A stretch of DNA of 64,000 bases from an uncultured Pelagibacteraceae bacterium (GTDB taxonomy: Bacteria; Pseudomonadota; Alphaproteobacteria; Pelagibacterales; AG-422-B15): NCBI GenBank assembly GCA_902584215.1, contig CACHYW010000003.1, forward strand, positions 8,498-72,497, read 5' to 3'. Below, piece after piece: positions 20,355 through 29,232 of this stretch. The position numbers and the translations under genes were made by a program. Numbering within the stretch: position 1 is the first letter of the stretch; every line of letters starts with the position of its first letter. The notes beneath the pieces are model-generated. The model had not been told where the DNA came from and made no database searches. It saw nothing but the letters and a program-made list of their open reading frames with translations.

Positions 20355-22013
20355 TTATGAATAGATCCATCTGTCGTTAGTTTGACCTATTTCATTCATC
20401 AGAGGAGCTCCTTGATACATACATATTCTCAACCATTTATCAGAACGAGGGTCAAATTTTTGTGCCCCAAAAAAAGACAACTTTAATCTCAGCATATCAA
20501 TGGGCATTAAATTTGAACCGATCGAATTATCTTGAATTTCGGAGTACGGAAGCTTCTCAGCTATAAAGCATCTTCTTACCACATGTCTTAAGTCGCTGTT
20601 GTTCCTTAAAAACTTAGATAAAATTTGGTCTTCAGGAACATCCAAAAGACGATAATACAGATCATTTATATCACGAGCGATGGCAAGAGGCTGTTCCAAC
20701 TCAGACCCATCGTCATCAAATCTGTTTGCTAACCTTGGCTCCTCTTTATTTTTTGAGATAAACCAGAATTTTTCATTTGGCTCATTTTTTGAGAAATCAA
20801 TCTCGATAATATCTCTGTAACCTTTGGAAATTATATTCTTTAATTCACTTACTTTTTTATAAGATGGTATATTGAAATATAAATCTTCATTGGAACTCAT
20901 ATTTGATATCAAAGGGTTAATAATAGAGTCGTAAGGTTCCATCATTAACGAAATAATAAATTCTATACCTTCAAAACTTAAATGCTTTTCAATCCATGTA
21001 TAAAGATGATTCCAAAGATTATCTTTATCTACAGTTAAGGTTGAAAGATATTCACTTTCAAATTTTTCAATATCATTCCTTAAATCTTTTATTTTTTTTA
21101 TTTGATACTCACTTTCTGTTTCCCAAGTACTAATCATATTTTTAGAGAGCTTGAGACATTCCTTAAATATGCTTAGTTCATTTTCCTTTACTTTACTTAT
21201 TTCTCTAATCTGTTTTAATGCTTCTTCTTTAGCAAAAATCCACTGATGTAGTAGTGATGGGTGATTAATAATAAAAGGAGCCATGCCAAGTCCTGTAGAA
21301 TTTCCTATTCCAAGTTTACGTGCTATTGACTGATCAAGTTTGACAGCCAATTTAGGATTCTTCTTTTTAGCAATGTGATTTACTTGGTCAAACGTAAACT
21401 GACGCACTAAATAAACCAACATCATTTCAAGTCGAAAGGGACCATTAATTTCTTTACGGTCTTTAATTCTATATCGATCAGCTAATCCAAATTTACCAGA
21501 TCCATAAACCGCCGTGGTTCTATAGAGATAGCCAACTTTTTTTATCAAAGATAAATCAGGTTGAGTTCCCTTTGATAGTTTTTCAACAACATGATTAAAA
21601 ATTCTTACAGACTTATTTGCTCTCGATAATGTTAACTCTTTATAACTGCATCGGCCAACTTCTTGCTTAGGAACATTCAATTTTAATCTTTGAATATCTT
21701 TTTCTGTTGGTATTCCGTCGTGAAGAACAAATGCTGCATCCCACTTTGTAGCAATTACCCTGTCGGACCTTTCTGAAGCATCAAGCTCATTAGCAAAGCA
21801 AATCAATGAATAGGTTCGACTATCTTTATTAACTGAATAAACAGCAGTTCCAAAGCCTTGTTTGTCAAGATCAAATAAATCACATTTAAACGTCCAACTT
21901 TTAAATTCTCTCACAAAACTTCTCAGAAAAGATAGCTTTGTTTGATGAAAGGAGCCTAATCGCTTTAGTGTCATGACTTCATGAGGATCGCGGTGCTTAA
22001 TTTGATTATACAT
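20355..22013 (-). CDS. Conserved hypothetical protein of the dipeptidase/DUF3726 cluster
   Basis: 552-aa ORF with family-like blocks RTTAVYGSGKFG, GIGNSTGLGMAPF and FDPRSDKW; overlaps the stop of the upstream gene. Confidence 0.75.
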   Translation of the reverse strand: MYNQIKHRDPHEVMTLKRLGSFHQTKLSFLRSFVREFKSWTFKCDLFDLDKQGFGTAVYSVNKDSRTYSLICFANELDASERSDRVIATKWDAAFVLHDGIPTEKDIQRLKLNVPKQEVGRCSYKELTLSRANKSVRIFNHVVEKLSKGTQPDLSLIKKVGYLYRTTAVYGSGKFGLADRYRIKDRKEINGPFRLEMMLVYLVRQFTFDQVNHIAKKKNPKLAVKLDQSIARKLGIGNSTGLGMAPFIINHPSLLHQWIFAKEEALKQIREISKVKENELSIFKECLKLSKNMISTWETESEYQIKKIKDLRNDIEKFESEYLSTLTVDKDNLWNHLYTWIEKHLSFEGIEFIISLMMEPYDSIINPLISNMSSNEDLYFNIPSYKKVSELKNIISKGYRDIIEIDFSKNEPNEKFWFISKNKEEPRLANRFDDDGSELEQPLAIARDINDLYYRLLDVPEDQILSKFLRNNSDLRHVVRRCFIAEKLPYSEIQDNSIGSNLMPIDMLRLKLSFFGAQKFDPRSDKWLRICMYQGAPLMNEIGQTNDRWIYS

Positions 22014-22984
22014 TAATGAATATTCTCTCTATAAAAATTAAACCAGTTGTCACCTAATATTGCATCTACTTCTTTATTATCAAAGCCAACTTCTTTTAAG
22101 CCTGATTCAAGATTGTTAAACCCTAAAGTATTTTCAAACCAATCTGGCTGTCTTGGAAATGCCGCATCAGTTTTCGACCCTTCTCCATAATCCTTAGTTT
22201 TCGTCCAAGTCCCATTTCTCATCCACTCAACAACTGAGTCAGGTTGATCAAGACATAAATCTGATCCAATACCTACATGATCAATTCCCATAAGGTCTAC
22301 AGTCCTTGCAGTCATTTCACAAAAACTTTTCAGAGTGCAATTAGTTCCTCCAAGGAGATGGTGAGGATAGAGTGAAAGACCTATGATGCCTTTTGACTGA
22401 CTAAGTGCTTTTAATATTTCATTTGATTTATTTCTCCTAGCTGGATGCCAAAAGGATGGATTGGCATGGGTGATAGCAATGGGCTTTTCTGAAATGTTTA
22501 TCGCATCTAGCGTTGATTGCTCAGCTGAGTGCGACACATCCACAACGATTCCAACTCTATTCATTTCTTTAATAACTTCTCTGCCCATTCGAGTAACACC
22601 ACTATCGTTATCTTCATAACAACCTGTTGCGAGTAGAGACTGATTATTATAGGTGAGCTGCATAAAAACTGCCCCCAGATCATGTACGGATTTAACAAGA
22701 CCAATATCATCTTCAATGGGCGAGCAATTTTGAAAGCCAAAAAAAACTGCGGTTTTATTTTCCTCCTTTGCTTTTTCTATATCTTTATAGGATCTACCAT
22801 GTATCAATAAATTATCAAATTCTTCAAAATACGTATTCCACTGCTCTACATTATTTTTTACTTCATCAAAATCTTCATGATAAGCAATGGTTACATGAAT
22901 TGCATTTAAACCAGCTTCATTATTGATTTTAAAAATTTCTTCTGACCAATTACAATATTGTAAATTATCGATTCTATAGGTCAT
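22013..22984 (-). CDS. Membrane dipeptidase (peptidase M19) family protein
   Basis: MQLTYN, EMNRVGIVVDVSH, ITHAN, RNKS, HVGIGSD. Confidence 0.88.
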   Translation of the reverse strand: MTYRIDNLQYCNWSEEIFKINNEAGLNAIHVTIAYHEDFDEVKNNVEQWNTYFEEFDNLLIHGRSYKDIEKAKEENKTAVFFGFQNCSPIEDDIGLVKSVHDLGAVFMQLTYNNQSLLATGCYEDNDSGVTRMGREVIKEMNRVGIVVDVSHSAEQSTLDAINISEKPIAITHANPSFWHPARRNKSNEILKALSQSKGIIGLSLYPHHLLGGTNCTLKSFCEMTARTVDLMGIDHVGIGSDLCLDQPDSVVEWMRNGTWTKTKDYGEGSKTDAAFPRQPDWFENTLGFNNLESGLKEVGFDNKEVDAILGDNWFNFYRENIH

Positions 22985-23195
22985 ATAATTCTAATTTTTT
23001 GATCATAGTTTCTACTCATATACTATGAAAGCGTTAAGAGGGAAACAATGCTAACAAAATCAATTTTTGAGCAATTTCGTTGATTTTTTGCGGATACTGC
23101 GACAATTTTGGCCCGATTCTCCATCTGAACTTCTTTCTTTCTTCATTTAAGATATTATATTCTTATTGATACTAAAATTTTTTTTAAACTACATT

Positions 23196-23795
23196 ATGTA
23201 CACGCCCATTAACCAATATATTGAGAGATTAGAGAATATCTCCTTTGATGTTGATGAATTGAACAAAGCTGTATCCGAACTTGTAAAGATCAGACCGTTT
23301 GAGAATGAAAAAATAAAACCAGGAATGCTAAAGTCCAATGCAATTTGTCTGAACTATGATGAAAAGGAACTTGATGAATGGTTTGGAGGTAATATCAGGG
23401 GCAAATATTGGACAAAGCCTGACTCTTCTTTTGAGGAAATGGAACGAGAGCCGTATATTGATGAAACCAGATACACACTATTCAATCCAAAGCTAAATAA
23501 TACCTACTTTAAATATGTTTATGACAAAATTAATGAGTTCTTCGAAGTAGGAAGATGCAGAGTTATCAAGATGCCTCCAAGAACGACTCTGAGTTGGCAT
23601 CGCGATCCTGAAAAACGTATTCATATTGCAATTAAAACAAATTATGGCGCCAGGATGTTTATAGAGCACACTGGTCACCACATACCGGCTGACGGAAATA
23701 TTTATCTAACAGATAATACTAAGTACCACACCGCAATCAATGGTGGCGAAGAAGATCGAATTCATTTAGTTGCAACGGTATTGAGCACAAAATAG
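23196..23795 (+). CDS. Aspartyl/asparaginyl beta-hydroxylase-like 2OG-Fe(II) oxygenase
   Basis: WHRD (HxD), RIHIAI, HTAINGG..DRIHLV; ATG 23196 chosen as start. Confidence 0.72.
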   Translation: MYTPINQYIERLENISFDVDELNKAVSELVKIRPFENEKIKPGMLKSNAICLNYDEKELDEWFGGNIRGKYWTKPDSSFEEMEREPYIDETRYTLFNPKLNNTYFKYVYDKINEFFEVGRCRVIKMPPRTTLSWHRDPEKRIHIAIKTNYGARMFIEHTGHHIPADGNIYLTDNTKYHTAINGGEEDRIHLVATVLSTK

Positions 23796-23797
23796 TT

Positions 23798-25117
23798 TTA
23801 GCAATCAATAATATTTTTTCTTTCCCAATCTTTTTTGTTTCCATCACTAACTTTATTGTGTTCTGCAATTTCTCTTTTTTTAAGTTTGACGTATTGCGAG
23901 ACAACTTTTGAACCTATAGATTTTTTTACAACTTCGCTGGCTTTAAATTTATTTAGTGACTCTGTAAGAGACTGAGGCAGTTTTTTTATTCTTTTTAATT
24001 TGTGACCTTGTGAATACATATTTACATCAATTCGTTTGCCTGGACTCCTCTTATTTTTTATTCCATCCAATCCCATTGCAATTAACCCAGCTTGAAGAAG
24101 ATACGGATTAACCGCTCCATCAGCGGGCCTGAATTCTATTCGTCCTGCATCTGGTATTCTGATCATGTGTGTTCGATTATTTCCTGAGTACGTTACAGCA
24201 GTAGGTGAATACGTTGACCCTGATTTTGTTGTTCTCGCATTCAAACGATCATAACTATTTAATGAAGGGTTAAACCATGCAGAAAAAGAGTCTACTGACT
24301 TCATAATTCCACCAATAAAGTGGTATCCCATTTTAGATAAGCCCAGTTCATTATTCTTATCAAGAAAATAGTTTTTCTTCTTTTTTAAATCCCATAAGGA
24401 TGTGTGCGCATGGCAACCATTACCCGTTAGTTCATCAAATGGCTTGGGCATAAAAGTTGCTCTTAATCCATGTTTTTCTGCAATAGACTTTACCATAAAC
24501 TTAAAAAAGACATGACGGTCTGCAGTCGTAAGTGAATCAGTATAATCCCAATTCATTTCATATTGCCCATTGGCATCTTCATGATCGTTTTGATAAGGTT
24601 TCCACCCGAGCTTAATCATAGAGTCACAAATTTCCTTTAAAATATCGTAGCGCCTCATCAATGCTGCAACATCATAACAAGGTTTTGGTGCATCATCCCT
24701 TGAGTCAGCAACTTCAGTCCCTTCTTCATTGAGTATAAAAAATTCGCATTCAACACCCGTCATCATTTTGAAATTAAGATTTGTCATTTGGTTAATTTGT
24801 TTTTTAAGAATAACACGTGGGCACTGATCCATTGGTGCATTGTTAATCACCAGATCACTGGCCAACCAGCCAACATCAGGTTGCCATGGTAATTGTATTA
24901 GGCTATCTGAGTCCGGAACAGCAAACATATCGGGTGCTGCAAAATCAAGGTCCAAGTAAGTTGCAAAACCACCAAATCCAGCACCGGTTTTTTGCATATC
25001 AGAAATAGCGCGAGCAGGAACCAATTTTGCACGTTGGATCCCAAACAAATCAACAAAACTTATTAAGAAGTATTTGATTTTCTTTTGCTGAGCGATCTTA
25101 GATAAATTGCTTTTCAT
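23798..25117 (-). CDS. GlnT-type glutamate-ammonia ligase / gamma-glutamylmethylamide synthetase (GmaS-like)
   Basis: AKLVPA, GAGFGGFA, QNDHEDANGQYEMNW, TFMPKP, NNRTHMIR; ATG 25117 preferred. Confidence 0.85.
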   Translation of the reverse strand: MKSNLSKIAQQKKIKYFLISFVDLFGIQRAKLVPARAISDMQKTGAGFGGFATYLDLDFAAPDMFAVPDSDSLIQLPWQPDVGWLASDLVINNAPMDQCPRVILKKQINQMTNLNFKMMTGVECEFFILNEEGTEVADSRDDAPKPCYDVAALMRRYDILKEICDSMIKLGWKPYQNDHEDANGQYEMNWDYTDSLTTADRHVFFKFMVKSIAEKHGLRATFMPKPFDELTGNGCHAHTSLWDLKKKKNYFLDKNNELGLSKMGYHFIGGIMKSVDSFSAWFNPSLNSYDRLNARTTKSGSTYSPTAVTYSGNNRTHMIRIPDAGRIEFRPADGAVNPYLLQAGLIAMGLDGIKNKRSPGKRIDVNMYSQGHKLKRIKKLPQSLTESLNKFKASEVVKKSIGSKVVSQYVKLKKREIAEHNKVSDGNKKDWERKNIIDC

Positions 25118-25186
25118 AATTAGAATTATGACTTCCAATGTTTTTAATTTCAATAATGAATTATGAGGTATATTTATGTTACATAA

Positions 25187-25203
25187 AACCCATTTTGGGC
25201 ATA
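25187..25203. promoter_or_regulatory. Putative operator copy 1 (AACCCATTTTGGGCATA)
   Basis: Palindromic core CCCA-N3-TGGG, 10 bp upstream of the HTH gene ATG; exact inverted copy at 29120-29136. Confidence 0.6.
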
Positions 25204-25213
25204 CAATCATTTT

Positions 25214-26278
25214 ATGAATTCAAACTTAGAAGCAAAAAAAGAAAAAGTTATCGATCTTATAAATAATCTAGAAGATGACAACTTTGCATTGTTATTGCTA
25301 ATTCATATCTCCCGGTATCAAAATTTATTTTTACATACAGAACCTGATTGGGAAAACAGTCCTACTAATTGGTTAACAAAAAACAGACGACTGCAAGATG
25401 AGTCTATCGGAGTTCTATCGTTCATCATCCTTTATTCTCTTACTAACGCACATGTGAATGCAGAGCTTTTTCCTGAATATAGAAAGCAAATTAAGGCAAT
25501 GCATCTTGAAGACTTTTTGGATAATAATTATTTTACTGGCCCATTTAATAAGTTTATTGAAAAAAAAATATCTCTAAAAGTTCTTGAAGCATTTTTTGCT
25601 ATACCCCGTGAAAATATAAGACGATACATAAATTCATTGATAAAGGCTGGGTTTGTAAAAAAAGATAAAAAGTATGGTTATCTTGTAAACATGGAGGCGT
25701 ATGTTCAATATATATTTACTGATTCTCTTAGTAAAATTATGAAGTCGCTCATGAGAACATTCGATGACATTCTCTTAAATCTTGAACAAAAATATCAATG
25801 TAAATTAAATATAAAACCCATCTCATTGATAAATTTAAAAAAAGTGAAGCCAGAAATCTGGAATCGAATTAGATTGCCCATGTATCTCTTTTGGGTAAGA
25901 GTTTTAACGCTAGAAGGCAATGATCCAACCTTAAGCCCCAATGATCGGGTTGTCTTGTCTGCATCGATCTATTTTAGGAAAAATACTGGAATTTTAAATT
26001 ACAATAATATTTCAGAGCTATATGAAAATGATTATCTCTTGCCGACAAATATTTCATCAATTTCTGAAGCTTCTAAAATGCCACGAGAAACTGTGAGGAG
26101 GTGTAGTAATAAATTAATAAAAAGTGGACATCTAGAAAAAAGAGGACGTCAATTGTTTAGGATTAATTACGCTAACAAAGATGGAGAGATAGCAACTTTT
26201 ATCAAGAACAAAGCAGTTACAACACGCGATATGATGAATTTTTACTTTAGTATTTATGATGATCTAGCTAAGTCTTAA
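25214..26278 (+). CDS. Tandem winged-HTH protein (putative regulator)
   Basis: Two related HTH segments: AIPRENIRRYINSLIKAGFV and NISSISEASKMPRETVRRCSNKLIKSGHL. Confidence 0.7.
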   Translation: MNSNLEAKKEKVIDLINNLEDDNFALLLLIHISRYQNLFLHTEPDWENSPTNWLTKNRRLQDESIGVLSFIILYSLTNAHVNAELFPEYRKQIKAMHLEDFLDNNYFTGPFNKFIEKKISLKVLEAFFAIPRENIRRYINSLIKAGFVKKDKKYGYLVNMEAYVQYIFTDSLSKIMKSLMRTFDDILLNLEQKYQCKLNIKPISLINLKKVKPEIWNRIRLPMYLFWVRVLTLEGNDPTLSPNDRVVLSASIYFRKNTGILNYNNISELYENDYLLPTNISSISEASKMPRETVRRCSNKLIKSGHLEKRGRQLFRINYANKDGEIATFIKNKAVTTRDMMNFYFSIYDDLAKS

Positions 26279-29046
26279 ATTGAGCACATTAAAATAATTT
26301 CTTCATTGCACACTAGTTCAGCTTCAACAATGGAGCTATTTTGGGAACTTAATTGTGTATCGAGCGCCTCCAGCATAGACTTTGCTTCACCCATTGGTAC
26401 TGGACCTACAATGACGGAATAGTCATTTTTATCAAATTTATCGACATTGATATCATATTTGAGGAATCTGCTGTCAAATCCCATTACATCATAAATGTAG
26501 TTCATAAAACTGAATGCAGAATTACCACGCGTATAAGATCCAATTTTTATATAAACAAATTCAGCATCGTTCGCATCAATTGTTAGTTCTGTTTCTTCAA
26601 TATCACTTGCTTGGGCACTAAAAGCATTTGAATCTACTTTCGCAGGCTCTTCAATGAGTTGAGTTAAATCTTCTAACGCTTGAGATGCTTCTTCAACTAA
26701 TTTATTTTCTAATTCAGCAGTATTGTTCAATTCTGAAAGTAAATCCCTTGCAGCAGTGGCTTCTTCTACGAGGCTATTTTCATCAACTGTGTTTATGATT
26801 TTCTTTTTTGGCAAAACACCAACAGAATTTAAAGTTTCATCATTATTATCAACTGACGTTTCATCATTGGTTACTAGTGGTTCACTCACCTGATTTTCTA
26901 TTATATCAATATCTGTAATGACTTCTTCATTTTCAACTGCAGCATCATCAAGTATATTTTGAGCTTTTTGAAGGGTGTTATCAACAGAGTCTAATAATTC
27001 ATTAAGACTATCAGCATCATTAATGATCATTTCATTCGAAATAGCAAATTCGTCTAAATCAATTTTTGGCTCATCAGTAATTTCTAAATTTTCAGGGATA
27101 CCGTCATTTGACTCTACGAATTCTTCATAAGAGTCAACGTCATTTTCTGCCGCGAGTATGATAGCTTCTTTTTTATCCAAACCCAACTCGATAAGTTTTT
27201 GCCTTGCGCCTTTGGCTTCTTGAGCGAGAAATTCACCCTCATCCATAAATTGAAGCGTGAATGTATCTTCAACAGAGACTAGTGCATTCGCAACTGAAAC
27301 TTTTAACTTAATTCCTGACACATCATTTGGTGGATTGCCCACAAACGATAAATCGGATGTTAAAAAAGCAAGCCATCTGGGCAAAGGAGTTCCATCTTCT
27401 TGTGTAGCTTGAAAACGTAATTTACCTGGCCCACTTATAGCAAATGTATTATCAGAAATTTGAAATTTATTACTCGTTTGCTGTGTATTGATTGGATCAT
27501 TTATAATCAGGAGCATGGGATCTTGCTCACTGATAGGAAGATTTACAGCTGCTTGGTAAACTTCTCCCCATTCGGAAAGATTGGTTTCAATATTTTTGCT
27601 CACATCCTCAATAGATAAATTTTGATGATTATTAGGAAGAATATCTTTTCCTATTGATGCATAGATTTGACCGATACTATGCTGCATTTCAGAGAATGCT
27701 AGATCTCGTCTGAGTTCCGCAACGAGTAAACTCGCTTCTTCTCGAATAACTTCAAGTTCACCAAATCTGGAGACCTTTTGAGCATTTTGAACTTGTTTAC
27801 TTATCCTTTGTGCGACATCTAAGTATCTTTGTGCGGTATCATATTCTTCAATGGCCAGGGCATAATTTATATTTGAGAGGTGCACTTGAGAAAGTACTGT
27901 CATAGCTATTGCAAGATGACGTTCTGCAATTAAATCTTTACTTGCTTCTGATGATTTTCTTACTGCGCTTAAGGAAAATACGTTAAAAAGATTAGCACCA
28001 ATTGACGCTCCGTATTCTGTTGTATCTTGGTTCAATAAATATTCATTATCAGAATATCCATACGTAGCATTGAATTTTATACTAGGGATCAAACCTAAAA
28101 TTGCCGCTTTGGTATCCTTACTGGTAATCCTTTTTTGATATCGACTTTCCATGAGTTCAGGCCTTGAAACTAGAGCCATCTCTTCCATTGTTTCTATGCG
28201 CATATTTATGTTGGTGAGGTAAGTGTCGTCACTTGATAGGCTAAACTTTTGTCCTGGGAGTAATCCCATAAGTATTGCAAGCTCATTTTTAGAATTTATA
28301 AGTGCACGCTGCTGAGTTTGTAATGTTCTTTGTACATCAAGCAGTTCCTTTTGATAAAGTAACGAGTCCATAGGTGCGGATATGAGCAATTCTTCAATAT
28401 ATTTTGAATCTGCAAGAGCACTTTCAACTCTATCAAGAAGTGGATTCAATTTTTTTAAGAGATTTTCTGAAGCTTGTGCTTTCCAGTAAGCACGAATGAT
28501 GTCTCGTGTAATATTTTGAGTTGCCTTTCGCTCAAGTTCTTTTGCAATTAAGTAGCGATCTGCTTGTTGTCCTGCGCGAATGTAGGATAAACCAAAGTCA
28601 AGTGCATTCCATGTAAATTCAATGTTTCTAGTTTCCAAACCCTTATCTCTTGAAATCGTATAAGACTGTGTTCCATCTAATGCCGGTGCGTCTCCCGTAT
28701 CATTTTCAACACTCACGCTTGTTGATGGTTGCAATTCATTAAACTCAGAGTAACCTGCATTGAGCGCAATATCAGGCAGCATATCAAATCGTTGAAGATC
28801 ACTTTGTCTTTGTGCCAATGCCGACTCCATAACACTTATTCTTAAGTCTCGGTTGTTTTTAATACCAATAGCAATTGCGGTGTGCAGGTCTATGTTTTCA
28901 AGAGGTGCGTCAACTGCAAGCAACGATAGATCTTTTTGAACACTTATATTTAATTTTTCTGCGTCAATAACATTCGGTGTTCGAGCACAGGCGCTAAGTG
29001 CAATACATAGGCAAAATAAAATAATTTTTGTACTAATTTGTCTCAT
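26275..29046 (-). CDS. TolC-family outer-membrane lipoprotein with long C-terminal extension
   Basis: Lipobox LSAC; OEP-type sequence (WNALDFGLSY, ALVSRPEL); then GTPLPRWLAF cadherin-like domain, acidic linker and terminal SPOR-like segment; ATG 29046 preferred. Confidence 0.85.
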   Translation of the reverse strand: MRQISTKIILFCLCIALSACARTPNVIDAEKLNISVQKDLSLLAVDAPLENIDLHTAIAIGIKNNRDLRISVMESALAQRQSDLQRFDMLPDIALNAGYSEFNELQPSTSVSVENDTGDAPALDGTQSYTISRDKGLETRNIEFTWNALDFGLSYIRAGQQADRYLIAKELERKATQNITRDIIRAYWKAQASENLLKKLNPLLDRVESALADSKYIEELLISAPMDSLLYQKELLDVQRTLQTQQRALINSKNELAILMGLLPGQKFSLSSDDTYLTNINMRIETMEEMALVSRPELMESRYQKRITSKDTKAAILGLIPSIKFNATYGYSDNEYLLNQDTTEYGASIGANLFNVFSLSAVRKSSEASKDLIAERHLAIAMTVLSQVHLSNINYALAIEEYDTAQRYLDVAQRISKQVQNAQKVSRFGELEVIREEASLLVAELRRDLAFSEMQHSIGQIYASIGKDILPNNHQNLSIEDVSKNIETNLSEWGEVYQAAVNLPISEQDPMLLIINDPINTQQTSNKFQISDNTFAISGPGKLRFQATQEDGTPLPRWLAFLTSDLSFVGNPPNDVSGIKLKVSVANALVSVEDTFTLQFMDEGEFLAQEAKGARQKLIELGLDKKEAIILAAENDVDSYEEFVESNDGIPENLEITDEPKIDLDEFAISNEMIINDADSLNELLDSVDNTLQKAQNILDDAAVENEEVITDIDIIENQVSEPLVTNDETSVDNNDETLNSVGVLPKKKIINTVDENSLVEEATAARDLLSELNNTAELENKLVEEASQALEDLTQLIEEPAKVDSNAFSAQASDIEETELTIDANDAEFVYIKIGSYTRGNSAFSFMNYIYDVMGFDSRFLKYDINVDKFDKNDYSVIVGPVPMGEAKSMLEALDTQLSSQNSSIVEAELVCNEEIILMCSI

Positions 29047-29119
29047 CAATTCAGGATATAAGTTTACTAGCAATTGTAAGAAGGGAATATAGACAAATGG
29101 CTGAAAACTCTAAAAATAA

Positions 29120-29136
29120 TATGCCCAAAATGGGTT
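29120..29136. promoter_or_regulatory. Putative operator copy 2 (TATGCCCAAAATGGGTT)
   Basis: Lies between the divergent tolC and adhesin genes; 17/17 reverse complement of 25187-25203. Confidence 0.6.
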
Positions 29137-29232
29137 ATTCAAGCTTATGATATTACCCTTACAATTTTAGTAATGTATAAAGAAAAGGCTAAATACCAAT
29201 AATCATGAAGGCGTGAGAAATTATATATAAAA

